Source: Epiperipatus broadwayi | Taxonomy: Eukaryota > Animalia > Onychophora | Length of the DNA: 64,000 nt | Direction: 5' to 3' | Assembly (NCBI GenBank): GCA_028023455.1 | Contig: JAQFVV010000008.1 | Location: 8,556,001 to 8,620,000 of the forward strand | In this document: positions 14,190-28,584 of the stretch, piece by piece | How positions within the stretch are numbered: position 1 is the first letter of the stretch | Layout: every line of letters starts with the position of its first letter | Translations under genes and position numbers: made by a program | The notes under the pieces: model-generated | Databases searched by the model: none | Told to the model about the DNA's origin: nothing | The model's input: the letters and a program-made list of their open reading frames with translations, nothing else

Positions 14190-15642
14190 ACTTTATAATT
14201 AAAAAAAGGAAAGTAAGCTAACGACACATAAAGGATCAAGAATCAGAATTAACTGCAAGAAAAATTTAAAATGAGAACGAAATACCTTCAATTTGCCAGA
14301 AATTACCCATTAATTGAAGTTATGGAACACAAGTTTTATAAATTTATTATCCTCTTTGAAAAATCATCCCTGTATTATACACCAACAGGTTTTATGAGCC
14401 AAGACTAGTTTCAGGTCTTTGGAAGACATTATGAATGTTGTAACAAAAGTGGCGAATTTTGTATCTGCACGGCTTTAAATAAAAGAAAATTTTTGAAACT
14501 ACTGCATGAGGTAAACTCGGTCTATAATGGTTTACTTATGTACAACAATGTTCAATGTTTAAGTCACAGAAAAGTTCTCCAAAGATTCGTGGACTGTTTA
14601 GATAAATTAGATTTTTTTTCATAATGAAAAAATTATGGAAAAATATAATCTGTTACTGAATATTGAATGGCTTTGCAAATTAATGTTTTTCACTGACTTA
14701 TGCTCACATTTGAGCAAATTAAATGATAAGTTGCAAGGTATTAGTAAGATAGTTATTGTTATGTTCAATTTAATTGAAGCATTTGCAGTTAAATTGCAAA
14801 TTTTCAACTGTGATGTTATTTCTAACACATTTACGTATTTCTCAAATACAAAAATATTCTTCTTAGATTTAAAAACTCATGAAAAACCAGATCAAGTTAA
14901 AATAACACAAGAATTTTTGTAGTAATTCAGGTGATAAGCAATGAATTTTTTTCAAGATTTCAGGCAATTTGCAGAAACATAGAAATTTATTTTATATCCT
15001 GATACCATCGGATTAGATAAACTCAACATAGATATTTTTGAGTGGCTCAACTTCGAAGATTTAGAAATGCAATTAATTGATTTTCAGTCTAGTTTCATAT
15101 GGAAACAAAAATTTGTCGATTTATGAAAGGACTTGGAAGCAATTGAAAATGATCAGTTATTGGATACAATTAAAAAGAACATAGAATATGAAATGAGAAG
15201 AACTTGGAATGCCATTCCTAAAACCTATAACAGTTTAAAAAAATTAACAACTGCTGTACTGTCTATTTTCTCCCCAACTTATGCTTACGAGTTGTTATTT
15301 TCCAAAATAAATTTTATAAAAGATAGTTATTGAAATACACTGACTGATGAATCCAGTGCAGCATATGCATTGTTTGAAGTTATGACTTATGAACTCGATA
15401 TATAACAGTTGGCATCCAAAGTACAACAATAAACATCTCATTAATAAAAGTTATAATTAGTATTGACTTTTATATGGCAAAATATATTGTATACAATTAT
15501 TTTGTGAATTTTCAAATCAATTCCTTAATTTAATTTAATAAAATTTTATAACAATTAAATTTTTACTGTTTATTTTCTATTAAGAATTTTCCGGCACGCC
15601 AGAGGTTGGACAAAAAAATAATTGTAATATTCACCACCGCTG
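14190..15642 (+). mobile_element. 3' part of a second GTF2IRD2-like hAT transposon (degenerate)
   Basis: CIIHQQVL (CxxH motif), MNVVTKVANFVSAR, LMYNNVQCLSHRKVLQRF, WLCKLMFFTDLCSHLSKLNDKLQG, and LSIFSPTYAYELLFSKINFIK (hATC dimerisation region). Putative TIR end caccaccgctg at 15632-15642. Confidence 0.85.
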
Positions 15643-16226
15643 TACTATACTATAACTTATTTTGTAGACAATTCTAATCTCATAAATACAAAATAAAAAT
15701 TATTGTAGAAATTTTCTATTTTTAATAAAACAAATTAAAAATTTGTAACAAAAAAGATGTTTAACAAAGCATAATTACAGATTAAATATACCAGATAATT
15801 TTAAAGGTAATTTAAAATATAATACAAATTTTATTTCTGATTTTCAATTTATTTTATATAAAACCATAATCTTTTAATACATCCTGTTTGGACTTGAATT
15901 CAGGTCCAGCCAGCATTTAAATGATCTTTTATTTCACTAAAGTAATAAAACTTTATCTTATGTTTGCACATCTATATTTATGCTAAATTTGAATAGAACT
16001 TATTATGTTATATTTAACAGGCCATACTGAAGCTAGTTGGTTTATAAATATAATTACATGAAAACAATCCATGTCTTTTCAACACCAAGAATCTTGAATC
16101 TGCTGTCATTTATTAATGAAAAAAGTTCCTACCTTTCTCTATGGTAGAAGATGATTACATAGACATTAAAAAATGGCACTTTAGGTAAAACAAAGCTGAC
16201 TTACAAATACATATAGGCTGCTTGGA

Positions 16227-16860
16227 TGTATTTAGATTTATAAACTAATCTAATTTTGAGAAAATATCACTTTGTTATCTTAATAATTAGTTTCAGTGCA
16301 GTTTGAAAGTTAAAAGTGACTATTTGTCAGTCTGCTTTCATAACATGTTTTATTTGCCTATGTGGTTTTATTTAAACTTCTATGAATTAAAAAACCTCAA
16401 TATGATTCAGACAAGTATCAATCTTTAATGTTTACATAATGGTCATAGATTAAAAAGCAAATCTGGTAATTACCTTTTCCATTAATAAAAGATTATTTTG
16501 ACAAGAGATTGAAAGTTCTTGATCCTAAATAAGCATGGGCTACTTTTATGCATTAATATTGTAAACCAATCTAGATTTGAGCAAATACTGTTTTGTTATC
16601 TTAAAAAAAAAATTAGTTTCAATGGAGTTTGAAAGTTAGTCTGCTTTCAAAACAGGTTTTATTTACCTATTTAATGGGGTTGATTTAAACTTCTATGAAT
16701 TAAAGAAAACTGTTTCAAACAAGCATTAATCTTTAGGGTTTATATAACCATCTTAGACCATGAAGAAAGATGGAGAATCAACTTTTTCATTAATAAAAGA
16801 TTGATTTGACAGCAGATTGAAGATTCATGATATTGAATTGGCGTGGACTACATTCACTTA
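16227..16860. repeat. Old diverged tandem duplication, unit about 300-340 bp
   Basis: Shared ordered blocks aatcta..tttgag, tttgttatctta, gtttgaaagtta, gtctgctttca, tttaaacttctatgaattaaa and cattaataaaagatt at 16227-16560 and 16568-16860. Confidence 0.8.
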
Positions 16861-16999
16861 TTTATATATTTATTTGTATGTAAAAGCTTTTGAATTTCTT
16901 TCAACAATTATATAAATAAATCATATATTTTCAGAGATCAACTGAAGCACAATGTTTATTATAAGCCAATAAATATTAAAATATATCATTTTCAAACAT

Positions 17000-19490
17000 C
17001 ATTAATCAATTGCAGGATAGTCTCTTAAAGTTTAATCTACTTTCTTTCCCGTCTAATCTCTCTTCTCCATATTACAACAGCAATCTTCCTTATTTCACAT
17101 GCAGTCTCTTTCTAGGCCTTTTACAAACTCTTGGGATTCAGTTTAAGATTTCATCTGTACATTTATTATCCCTTCTAGAAATTATGCCCAGTTGAGTTCC
17201 AGTTCAGTTTCCTAATTTTTCCAATGATGTCAGTAACCTGTCTATTTTCTCATTCATGTATTTTGTTTTTGATCCCTCATTATTCCTAACATATATATCT
17301 TTCCATACTTCAATGAATAGTCTGTAGTCTCTGTATTGTTTGTCTGTTGAGTATCCAAGTCTTAGATCAATAAGTAAGAATTGACAAACACATTAAAAAT
17401 CTTCCTTTTCAAATACATAGGCATAGAACTTTTTAATATGAAGTTATTTTTACCTAAAGCACTCCATCCAAGTTTAATTCTTTAATCAAGAAATTTATAA
17501 TTGCTAACTTCTTCTAATTCATCATTTTCAATTTTTATTGCATACTTTTGGGGAAATCCATTGAACATTAATTTTTTAGAATTTATCTTTAAATCCTACA
17601 TTCTTATTTTCATCTGATAACTCTTGTGATATTTCCTTAAGTTCTGAAGCATCATTTGCAAAAACAACTACATTTTCTGAAAAATCTAGATGACTTAAAT
17701 AATTCCTATTTATGTTTACTTCCTTAACTTCCCATTTTATCTCACAAAATACTTCTTGTAAAACTGTTGTAAAAAGTTTTGGATATAGAATCACCTGATT
17801 GTATATCTTTTGAATATTAATCTTCACACTATCACTATCTAATGTAATCATTGAAGCTGCATTTTGATAAATATTCTTCAGAATATCCTGGATCTATGTC
17901 TTGATGATCTAATGCTTTTTCATAATCTACAAATTCAAAGCATAATGGCAACTCATATTCATTATTTCTTTATATAATTTCTTTCAATACTTAGATGTAA
18001 TCAACTGTGCCAAAATCACTTTTAAACTCAGCTTGTTCTTTTGATTGGCTAAAATCCAAAGTTCTGTGGAGATAAGTTGCAATTGTTTTGGTAAAAGCTT
18101 TATATAGAACTGATAGAAGACTGACAGGTAATATTTTTTTTATCATCTTTCTTAAATATCAAATATTACTATTGCATTTTTCCAATCATCTCATTTAGAC
18201 ATTTGATATATAACTTTGCCAACAATTTTTATATTTCTTCACCTGCTTCTTTCAAAATAACTATTATAATTCCATTATTTCCTGGAACTTTCCCCTTCTT
18301 CATATATTTAATTGTAGATGATACTTTGTTTTCTTATTCTTCATTACTATATAATTTTTTATAGAATCCTTCCAAACATTTCATGATACAATCTATCTTT
18401 TTAGAAATAGTTCCATTTTTTCTTATTATTACAGAAATAAATCTTCTATCAATACCAAAATATTGTTTTACATACTTTCGATACTTTTATTCTCTTATCT
18501 AACTTTTCTTATATCATTATTAACTCATTTTCATACTATTTTGCAAAATTTGAGACATTCATTTCTTCTTAATGAATCATTTTTATATATTTTCATATTC
18601 CTTTTTTAAATCATGTATCATGCTTTTTTACCACCTATCTTTGTTGCAGATCATAATAGCGTAACAGTTATCTTCCTATTAATTTCATTTAAATATGAAT
18701 TATTTTGAAAATCTGGTAAAATTTTAAAACAAGTTAAAAGTTCTAATTTAAATTCATTGGAATGTTTCTGAAGATTAGAATATCAATGGTGAATACTGTT
18801 TTCTTAATAATTTTTATCTCTCTAGTTTTGCATTAAAACATATCATACATCTTACTAATTATTTCCTGTGTTGAATCTATTATAAACATTACAATGTTTA
18901 AATACATATTTTTTGTTATCTAAAATAGAATCCAATTCTATTGTACCTTCATTTGGATGCTTCCATGTCCATTTTGCTTTTTTTTTTTTTTTTGAAAAAA
19001 AAAAAAATCTTAATATGTAGTTTTTTTTTTTTTTTTTGTAAACTCTACAGTCAATGTTCCCTCTCATTTCTATCATGACAACCAAATTTACTTCCACCAC
19101 TTTCATTTTTCAATCATTTACCAATTTTAGCATTAAAATCTAGTATGATAATTTTAAAATGTTGTTTGGGATGAACAAAAGCATTTTGTATATCCATAAA
19201 TACTTTACTTCTTCATCATAATGAGAACTTGTTGGGGGCATAAACTTGAATTATCTGCATTTGGTATCTTCCATTAAGATGAATAGGTAATCTTGCCACT
19301 GTCTGATATATCATCAATTTCCACAATGTTGTTCTATTACTTTTTGTTTATAAAATAAATCCCACTCATGTCCATTTTTTTAAATTAATTGTCTCTTCAT
19401 TTTTTATTTTAACTTATCCCATTTAATATTAGACAATTTTTTTCTAATTCATGCATTCTCTTTTCTTCATTTGCAAGTATCTAAATAAAA
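17000..19490 (-). mobile_element. RTE-clade non-LTR retrotransposon, degenerate and internally deleted
   Basis: APE motifs IIQVYAP, KWTWKHPN..ELDSIL..K....VYNRFNTG. RT motifs PKLFTTVLQEVF..I.W..K.VNIN..YLSHLDF (L.FADD equivalent). RTE-like C-terminal region near 17000-17500. Confidence 0.85.
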
Positions 19491-19777
19491 GATCATCACT
19501 GAATGACAACCTGGGTTCACAATATATAATAAATTAATTTTATAAATTTATTTATTTTAACAAGTCATTCCTTATTTTAATATTAAGCCTGATTTTTTAA
19601 ACAAGCAATTATTGTAATAATATTATCCGCTGCAGAATGAAAGCCAAGGCAGTCATTTATAAATATAAAATCGAATAAATAAATATTTCACATTCATTTC
19701 AATATTCTATTCAGGTTAATATGAAATATATCTTTTTTAATAATTTTTTTTATCCCCTCAAGATAATTATTTTACAG

Positions 19778-19813
19778 ATGGGTGCGGAACAGCCTAGCAT
19801 CAATCCTCTATGA
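19778..19813 (+). CDS. Candidate terminal coding exon
   Basis: Acceptor ttattttacag is followed by ATGGGTGCGGAACAGCCTAGCATCAATCCTCTATGA (MGAEQPSINPL*, phase 0), locally GC-rich. Confidence 0.15.
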   Translation: MGAEQPSINPL

Positions 19814-22800
19814 TTTTTCTTTTCTACATAAATGCTAGATTTACATATCATTTAATTATCACAAAAATAAAAAATATTATACACTATATTTAATACCTTT
19901 ATACAGTTTGAAAAATCATCACTTATATATATATATGAATGTAGTAAAAATATTGATGTTTGATGGCACTAGGCATAAAAACACTATCATTATAAATCAT
20001 AGTCAATCTAATTAACTATCTAGTATTGGCAAATAAATGAGTATCTAGTTACCATTAGGAGATTTAAATAAGAATAAAAATATTATTGACATTTGACAAC
20101 TAGAAAGCCTGATGAGTATTATATTCTTCTTACTATTTCCCTATAAAAGCTGTTGGACATGCTTTTGTCCTGCAATGAGCTGTTTATTTGAAAGGCTGTT
20201 TTATTTTCATAATAAAAATAACTATTTAAGTGGAAGGCATTATTGAGAGATCTTACTGTAACTATAGGATGATAATGATAAAATTGTAATAAAAAAAAAA
20301 TTTAGTATTTATTATTTTAGTCCAGTAAATTTAAAAGAACAGAGATTATTTGGAATGCTTGAAAGTTAGAGCACCTGGCAGAAATGGATTTTTTGGCAAA
20401 TAACTTATTATCTATATTATTTTTAAATTATCAACCCTTTATAATCAACTACATAGCTTTATATTTTATAAAATGAAACATATATATAAATTGAAACTTT
20501 AAATTATCAGGTTTCAAAGAAATGAAATAATCTGGTATCTTTATCATAATTGAAGATGGCCAAACTTTTGGATTGGTTTTTTGCTCGATAGTTCATAATA
20601 AGTTTAATCACTAGAGGTGTTGGAGCATGACTCATGGACCCTGAACTCCAAATCCATCAGTCTATCACTACACTAAACCATGGACTTTGACTTAGTGATG
20701 TATTCTAAATATTAAATATCTTTTAACAAAAAAATATATATACAATTACTATTCCTGTGCAACATACAAATAAGATGCAAAAATAGTTATGCATGCACAC
20801 TAATTTTTACGGGTATGTATGCATGTGTGTAGAGATTCAAATACATTTATGAAAGTATTTCAATATATACAAACTAGACTGAAAAAATCAAATATTTAAC
20901 ATTTTTAAATTATTGTTAAAATTCAAAATTGAAAAAAAAATCAGGCTTCTAATGGATAGTAGAATGACTTTCAGTTAGAATGATTTAACCGCAAATAACC
21001 ATTAAGCATTACTTGGCCAAGAATATCATCTACTGCCTTGCTTGTTAAGATATAGACTATGTTTCAGATACAAAGTCTTCCTTTAACCTTTCTCAAATTC
21101 TCCTCTATTTTTTCCTACTTCATTATATTTCAGTGACATGGCTATCATGAAATAAAACAAGACAACACATATGATCCCCAAGTCTTAGGAGGTTTTTGTG
21201 TTTTTAACATATGTTTGTATTCAAAAAAGTACTGAAGTACATGTTTATAAATATTAAAATGAACTTTTGAAATTTTGCATAGAAGTTCAAAAATTCTATC
21301 TATACTACTGTTACTAGAAGATTTAGTTATCACAAGCTTTTCATGCCATTAACTGTGATGATGAGATTGTTTCCAACCTGACTCTTATTTTTGCATTCTT
21401 TTGAAAAAAACCCCAATACTGAAAATGAAAGGCCAGGGGTAAGTTTAGCAGACTGAAAGTCCTTAATATAATCGGTAATGATTCACATTGAAACAGTGTC
21501 CAAATTATAAGTTTCAACTCAGCAAATAAATGTTTGAGCATGATCTCCAAGTAAAAATAATGGTAGAAAAATATAATATTGATAGTAATATATATATATT
21601 TCCTATAGATAATTGATACAGTGGCTCATAGTAAAACTCATCTTCAAAAAAAGAAAAAAAAAAGAAGACAAGAGATGTTTTGATTTACATTTACTGTAAG
21701 ATCTAATGTGATATTTTCTATTCTTGGAATTCCTAAATATATCTATGAAAAGCTAGTGATATTAGTAATATATTTATGTAATGATATCTATACCCACATT
21801 ATCAATGTTTATGTTCCAATCAAAAAAAGGAAAGTTTTTATTTCTTATTGGATAATTTTACTTTATCAGTCTTATATATATAATTTTTTTTTCTTCATGA
21901 AGACTTTAATGAAATAGTAAATCTTTGGTCCAATGTTTTTGGAAATAATAGTATTGAGTCTGAACTTAATAAAAATGGTCTGTTTTTTTTTTTTTGGGGG
22001 GGGGGGGATCACTATAGAGTAAGTTGAGTGCATCCAAGCTTAAAAAAATATGAAATTTTATACATTGATAGTGTTATAATTCAAAATCAGAATGTAAAAA
22101 AAGTTAATATTGACCAGCACTAATAGGCACAGATATTTGGATAAACTATAAGCTAGAATACTACATGATTAAAACGATAACTTCAATAAATTAAATATGA
22201 AGCTTTAAAATGCTGGCTAGTAAATGACTACCTACTTTTTTTAGTTAGAAGGTAAATAAAAATAAGATTGCTAAAAAATAAATTCTCATCATTCAGCATC
22301 TGATTAGCCTAATAATTATTGTCTTCTTCAGTTTCCTTTCTCTGAAATGGATGAGGAAAGGTCTATGTCTTGTAACTAACCATTTAAAGATTATTTATAC
22401 TGTATACAGAAAGAATTATCTAAAATTTATGTTTGTTTGTAACAATTTAAAAAATCTTTTAGACTAAAAAAAAAAGACATTTGAAATTTAAAATCTTACT
22501 GATAATTAATCAATCATTACAAATGGCTACCTAAGTGAGGGCTGATGATGATCAGTACTGGTGGCAATCATTATAAATCACTTCCCAATTTAGGACTAAT
22601 AATGATTACATGCTGGTGATCATCACTTCAAAATTATCAACTTGATCTTAAACCACAACTGAGAAAGAAAGAAATAAGGATGCATTTTATGCAAAATTAA
22701 TTTTAAAATTACTGTGAAATAGATGACAAGAGTATTGATGATTGTAAATTATAAAATAGTATTTTCATCTATGTTTAGAGAGGTTCATGTTGGGAGTTAA

Positions 22801-22942
22801 TTAGAAAATCTATGATTTTGGAGATTGTTGAAGTTTGTTTAGCTGTATTTTCAGTTTTAATGATGGATGGAGGATTTTGTCATTAGCTTGAGGATGCAAT
22901 GTTTTCACGCAATTCCATGAGGTGTTCTATCTCATCTATTTG

Positions 22943-23073
22943 CTCCAACCCATTTTTTGATTTCATATTGTTTATCATAGTGTAGTTAACATAGTCCTGC
23001 CATGACTCCAACCCATTTTTTGATTTCATATTGTTTATCATAGTGTAGTTAATGTAGTCCTGCCATGACTCCA
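22943..23073. repeat. 63-bp near-perfect tandem duplication
   Basis: ctccaacccattttttgatttcatattgtt(t)tatcatagtgtagttaa..tagtcctgccatga occurs twice. Confidence 0.95.
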
Positions 23074-26000
23074 GTCTCTAAGTCTCCAAAGAAAAAGAGC
23101 ACGGCATAGTTTGTATTTTCCAGCCCATAAGACTCAAAAGAAGCAGGGTTTAGTTTCATATTTTACAGCCCCTCACTGTGAGCAGGGCTTTGTAAAAATG
23201 TTTGCATTATCTTTATCAAAGGTTGTAATAGCTTATAGTTTCTCAATTGAGCCTAGCTTTCTTGGTGTTCAAGATGCATTGGGTACTTATAGTTTAATGA
23301 CTGAATTCTTTATCTATATCAAAATTGCAGATCACTATTCATTCTGTTAGCTGTCAGGTGTTTATCAGGTCTCTAAAAAAAATTGATGAATACATAGTTT
23401 GAGATATGAACTTTGTTTTGAGTATCCATATATATCATGTAAAATATTATAAGGTAGGTGTTTCATTTCTTTCTTTTTTCCCAGAAGTTATAAAACAGAT
23501 CTGTTATATGGCACACAGCAACATTGTTGTGTGTGTGCATATATATAAAATAAAGGGAAAAAATAAACTGACAATTTTTTTTCTAAATATTTTCTACATT
23601 TCCTGGAATAAAGTAATCATAGAAGGGTTAAATAATTCTGGATTTAAAATACTTTTATTATAAATTAAAACATTTAAAAAGATCTAAATAAAGTAATTTT
23701 GTATTCTGATTTTGAATTTAAAAACAAACATTTATTTTTGAAGTCTTTTAATTAATGCTCTATCTAAGTAAAAACATGTAGATCACACCTTTGGTAAAAT
23801 TTCAAAGTTGCTTCCAAAAGTAGCTTCAAATTAAGAGTGATTTAAAAATATTAAAATTGATTTTAATCAAGATAAAGATTAGACCAAAAAAACTCTGACA
23901 ATTAAGATGTATTTATCATCTCAGATGACTTATAAAAAAGTCTGATAAAAATATCACTTCAATTGGCTTTAATATTTTTGAGAAGCAGTGGCCAAATTGG
24001 CCAGCTGCAAAGTTGATTATAATATTTTGTTGCAGGTTGTCGAAGTTTGCAGCAGTTGGTTTTAATTGGCCAGAGTAGCAATTGTTTCTGTGAAATGACC
24101 ATGGAATAATTAATGCAAGGGCAGAAGCAGCAGTCTTCTGGTTTCACTATGCTGGAGTTGATTCACATGAAGTCTGGGTCAATTTCTTATGAGTCTAGCC
24201 TGCTTAAATGTGTTCTAGAAGACAGCATGCCTGAATTATACCAATCCTCGACAGAAGGGAATTGATTGAGGCCAACAAATTATGTGAATTATACCTCTCT
24301 ATCGATTATGACAAGCCTTTCTACTAGCTTGCCCAGAGAAACCATCAGTGGATGAAGAATTAATTACACATATGCTATTTCAGCTATATGCAGAGAAGCA
24401 TAGATAAACATATATATATATAGCTGGTGAGTTAATTTAAAATCTTGAAAATGGACTTCTAAAATTATAATTTAATAAATTAAAGTAAGACAAATCAATA
24501 ATTTGCTTAGTTAAACATCTAAAAAAAAAGAGAAGTCCACATACAATTTGATATATATATTTTAAAGAAATTGTTTTAGTAATTCCTTAAAAATGCCATT
24601 AAAAAAAAAATAATTTTATTTGAATTAAAATCAAAAAGAAATAATTCATAGATAATTTTATAGAAAGAAAATAAGAAGGTTTATTTAATTCATCTTTTTA
24701 CAGTAATCTGGCAAAACAGAAAAAAAACTTTTATAAACTGTCAAAAATTTGATAGTACTTACTTTTAAAGAAAAAAGACTATATTCAACAAAGAGAATTA
24801 ATTGCAAAAATAATCTTTAATAATTTTATTGTGTTAAAATAAAATATAATTTCTATGTGCACAAACATATATGTTAATTATGGAGTATAAAAATTAATAA
24901 TTCTATTATTTTGACAAATTTAAATATGTTGTGTTAATAAATTAATAAAATGCACATTTGTGCACATATATATACACATGTATTAAGATAGAACTAGCTA
25001 TAAAGTATTTTATATCATTTAAAAGCAATAACTAGAAAGGTTTATTTTGTAACAATTTAAATATGTTCAGAAATTACATGCACACACATGTATATGTGCA
25101 ATATATATAGCAATGCTTGTCCAATAGAACATTATGTAAAATTTAATTATTATTTTTTATAATTATTTTATGTCAGAAATATATTCATTATACATTAAAA
25201 AAATGTGCAGCTGTGTACATATGTATGTGTGTTATATGTAAACCACCATATAAGAACTTGAATTTTGTAAATCACAAATGTAATACTTTTATTTTTTGTA
25301 TGTTAATCAAAATCAGAAGACGTATGTGTATACCCATGTTCTAAAGATCTTAATATTATTTTTGTTGTTAATAAACTTGTATTCAATTGTTAAAAATTGT
25401 ATTGCATCATCTCTTGATCACCATAACAGTACTAAAGCTTATGTTCTCTGAGCTAGATTCGAGAATAACAGCTGAATATATGAACGGGATGTATACTAGT
25501 GTTTATGGGAATCTAATTGATTATAGATTGGCACTAAGATATTCTTTAAAACCAATGCACTACATTTTATTCTGGTTTAGTCTTAGAAATGAAGTGAATT
25601 ATTGGTTGGCATTAAGTGGTCAGACCATTGATGATGATCAGCATGTTTTAATTTATCGTTATATATTCAGTTGGATTAGTACTTAAGTTTGTGAATCCAA
25701 ATTAAGGTTTAAATAATTGCCCAAGCTGGCAAAGGCTAAATAGTTGACCTGGTCTACAGTAGATCAATTTCAAATCCAGTTACCAGATTGATTGTTGATT
25801 TATATTTTGTATTGTTTAAATCCAGTCACAAGGTGGATTATTGATTTATTTTGATGATGATATTCCCATCAATGTGATGGATAATTTTTACTTAAATTGA
25901 TAATGCTGGCTGATGATTGATGTATAGTTAATCATACATCATTGTTCAAAGGAGTTGACTGACTGATCACGGAGAGATCTATTGATCTTGTGCTCTCTTA

Positions 26001-27666
26001 TAATATATAAAATTGCTTATATTTTTGTGATATTAAACTTTATTTTAATATTACCATTACTTTAATATTTGATCTCATTATTTAAATTAATTTTTAATTA
26101 TATTTTATTTTGATTTGCCATCACCTCAGGGACAATACCTAGAATTCCCCATCCCATTACAATACATTTGAACTTAACATTAGTCAGCATTGTATGTATA
26201 GAAATGAACAATGTGAAATGTGTAAGATAAAGGAAGTCTGACATATTGCCAAAAATCATAATGTTATAAACAAAAAGGAATCCTGATTCCCCTTCTCTAA
26301 AAGTCGGTCATAAAAGCATATTTGCATACAATTTACATGATATTTACATCCTTTACCTGCAATTCTACTCATTCATTGCTATGATGATATTAATACAAAG
26401 ATATTGAAAGCATGCTTAAAATTAAAAGGTTTTGCTGTTAAGCTTTTCTTATTTTGCTTTGCCAAGCACTTAATATATCATGCAAAATTACATTAGTCTG
26501 TGTGTGTGTGTAATTAAACATTATTTTTTATCTTTTACATCATGCAAAATTATATAAAGTCTGTGCATGCATATATTTAATTAAACATACTGGGAGGCTA
26601 AATGTAGCTCTGATTTTTTAAAAATCTTTGACTTATTATATTATTTTAGGGTTAATATAAATATGGCTCTTTCATTAAAAAAAAATCAATTAAAATTATA
26701 AAAAGGTTGTATTTTTTAAGGTAAAAAAAAATCCACAAGCAAATAAAAATTAGAAAGAATAAAAAATGATTAAGTAAAATAAAAAATAATTGAAATAAGA
26801 ATTGAAGTTTTAAAAGAGAAGTTGCAAACAAAGCAAAAGAAAACAGTTGATAGGTTCAGTAATTTCCTTTGAGCTTCTCTTTCATGATGAAGTAATCATA
26901 TTTAGTTGATGTTTAAAAGAAGAAAAGAAAGAAACAGCTAAGTGATAGAAATAGTTTCTTCACAATTAAATCAAGTGTGAGACCTGCTGAGATAGGCAAA
27001 GGCTTAATGGCAGCAGTTTTATACTAGTTTAAACAATCTTTTATTTTGTTTCTTTACCTTTCTTTAGCATCTCTAAAAATTTCTCTCTCTCACTTTTACT
27101 AAAAATGCTTTCACTAAATAATTAGTAAAAATGGAATGTGTGAGATTAAATATATTCTTAATACACATGCAATGCTGTTTTTCAAAAATCAATGTATGAT
27201 TCAAATTACATATAGGAGTTAATTTATCATATAGTACCATACATTGAAAAAGAAGTTTAAATCACAACAGAAAAAGAAATGCAACAATATTTGGAAAAAC
27301 AATGTTAAATATTATTAGAAAAAAAAAGTCATATTACAACAATTACAATCCCGTCAGTAATTACAAAATCTTATTCTTAAATATAATTTAAATATAAAAT
27401 GAATAATTTATACATAGTATAAAAGGCTACCTTTTAATTATTAATGATTTTGTCTGTCCAAAAATTGTTTCAATTCAATACTTTCAAGAATTTAAATAAG
27501 TAAAAATCTCAAATTCTAAAAAAAAAAATTGTCATTTTTATCACATTTATAATGAGTTTAATATAATTAGAAAGGATTTGAACTCAGACTTTCACACTCC
27601 CTACAGATATCCTCTCCGTCTTAAACATCTGATACACATGACCACATGCATATATGTGAAAAAGAT

Positions 27667-27725
27667 GATTTCCAATATACATATATATTTCATGCTGAAC
27701 CAGCACTCATCAGTTGGTCCAGATC
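27667..27725 (-). ncRNA. Type I hammerhead ribozyme motif, core intact
   Basis: GATCT-GGA-CCAA CTGATGA GTGCTG-GTT-CAGCAT GAAA TATATATGTA TA TTGG-AAATC: stem I CCAA/TTGG, 6-bp stem II, self-complementary stem III, AUA cleavage triplet. Confidence 0.75.
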
Positions 27726-28080
27726 ATCATCTCCCACACACATATAATCAGTGTTCAGTTTATATTAAGATAGCAAAATCTTTACACTTTAATCGACAGG
27801 TTTCAATCTTCTCTACCCTCCAACTCTTTAACCATCCATATCATTGAAAATCTGATGATGGAATAATGAAAGCCCTTGTTGACATCAATCTTACTGTCAT
27901 ACCCATGTTGACTTTAAATCACTATGACTCCTGGTGTATAAAACCATACTATGTTCATTTAAATACACAGAATACAGGTTGAGAGGCAATATTTAAATAC
28001 AAATGTATTGCCTATACTCAGACTTTCAAGCTCTCTACAATGATCCATTCCATCTTATATACCAATACACATGACCACAT

Positions 28081-28126
28081 AATGCGTATTTTGTGCTGAA
28101 CCAGCACTCATCAGTTGGTCCAGATC
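28081..28126 (-). ncRNA. Hammerhead motif, degenerate copy (GAAA to AAAA, 3' stem I deleted)
   Basis: GATCTGGACCAA CTGATGA GTGCTG GTT CAGCAC AAAA TACGCATT. Confidence 0.6.
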
Positions 28127-28530
28127 ACCATCTCCCACACACACATATAATCAGTGCTCAGTTTATTTTAAGATAGAAAATCTTCAGACTTTAGTAGACA
28201 AACTGTCTGAGTTCAAATTTCTTCTAATTACATTAAGTTCACTATAGATCTGCCTGTATTCTGCCTATCCTTCTACATATTTAAATGGACATCCTATATG
28301 TGAGGACTTAGAGGGATTTAAAATCAAGACTTAAAATTAATATGGGTATGGCAATAAGATTGGCATCAACAAGGGGTTTGAGCATTCCATCATCGCATTT
28401 TCAATGATATGGATAGCTGAAGAGTTGGAGGACGAGGTGATTGAAGCATGTCCGTTATTAAAGTTTAAAAATTTGTTATCTTAATATAAACTAAGCAGTG
28501 ATTATATATATATGTGGGGGGAGGGGTGAT

Positions 28531-28584
28531 GATCTGGAGCAATTGATGAGTGATGGCGCAGCACAAAATATGGATATTGGAGAT
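28531..28584 (+). ncRNA. Hammerhead motif, degenerate copy
   Basis: GATCTGGAGCAA TTGATGA GTGATG GCG CAGCAC AAAA TATGGA TA TTGG AGAT. Confidence 0.55.

Noticed and set aside
18976-19038. Adjacent long T, A and T homopolymers inside the RTE endonuclease region
   Set aside because: Explained by slippage expansion or sequencing error in A-rich dead coding sequence.
22530-22570. CTGATGA TGATCAG TA CTGGT G, a possible decayed hammerhead
   Set aside because: GAAA and stem I/III elements are missing, and there is no supporting second copy.
25390-26161. Possible solo LTR (TG...ACA, internal TATA-like and AT-rich tract)
   Set aside because: No TSD, PBS or PPT, and no second copy in the window.
27851-27880. 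CTGATGA tggaataat GAAA gccc, a hammerhead-like spacing
   Set aside because: No stem II pairing, and the homologous position in the inverted copy (about 28375-28400) lacks both core motifs.
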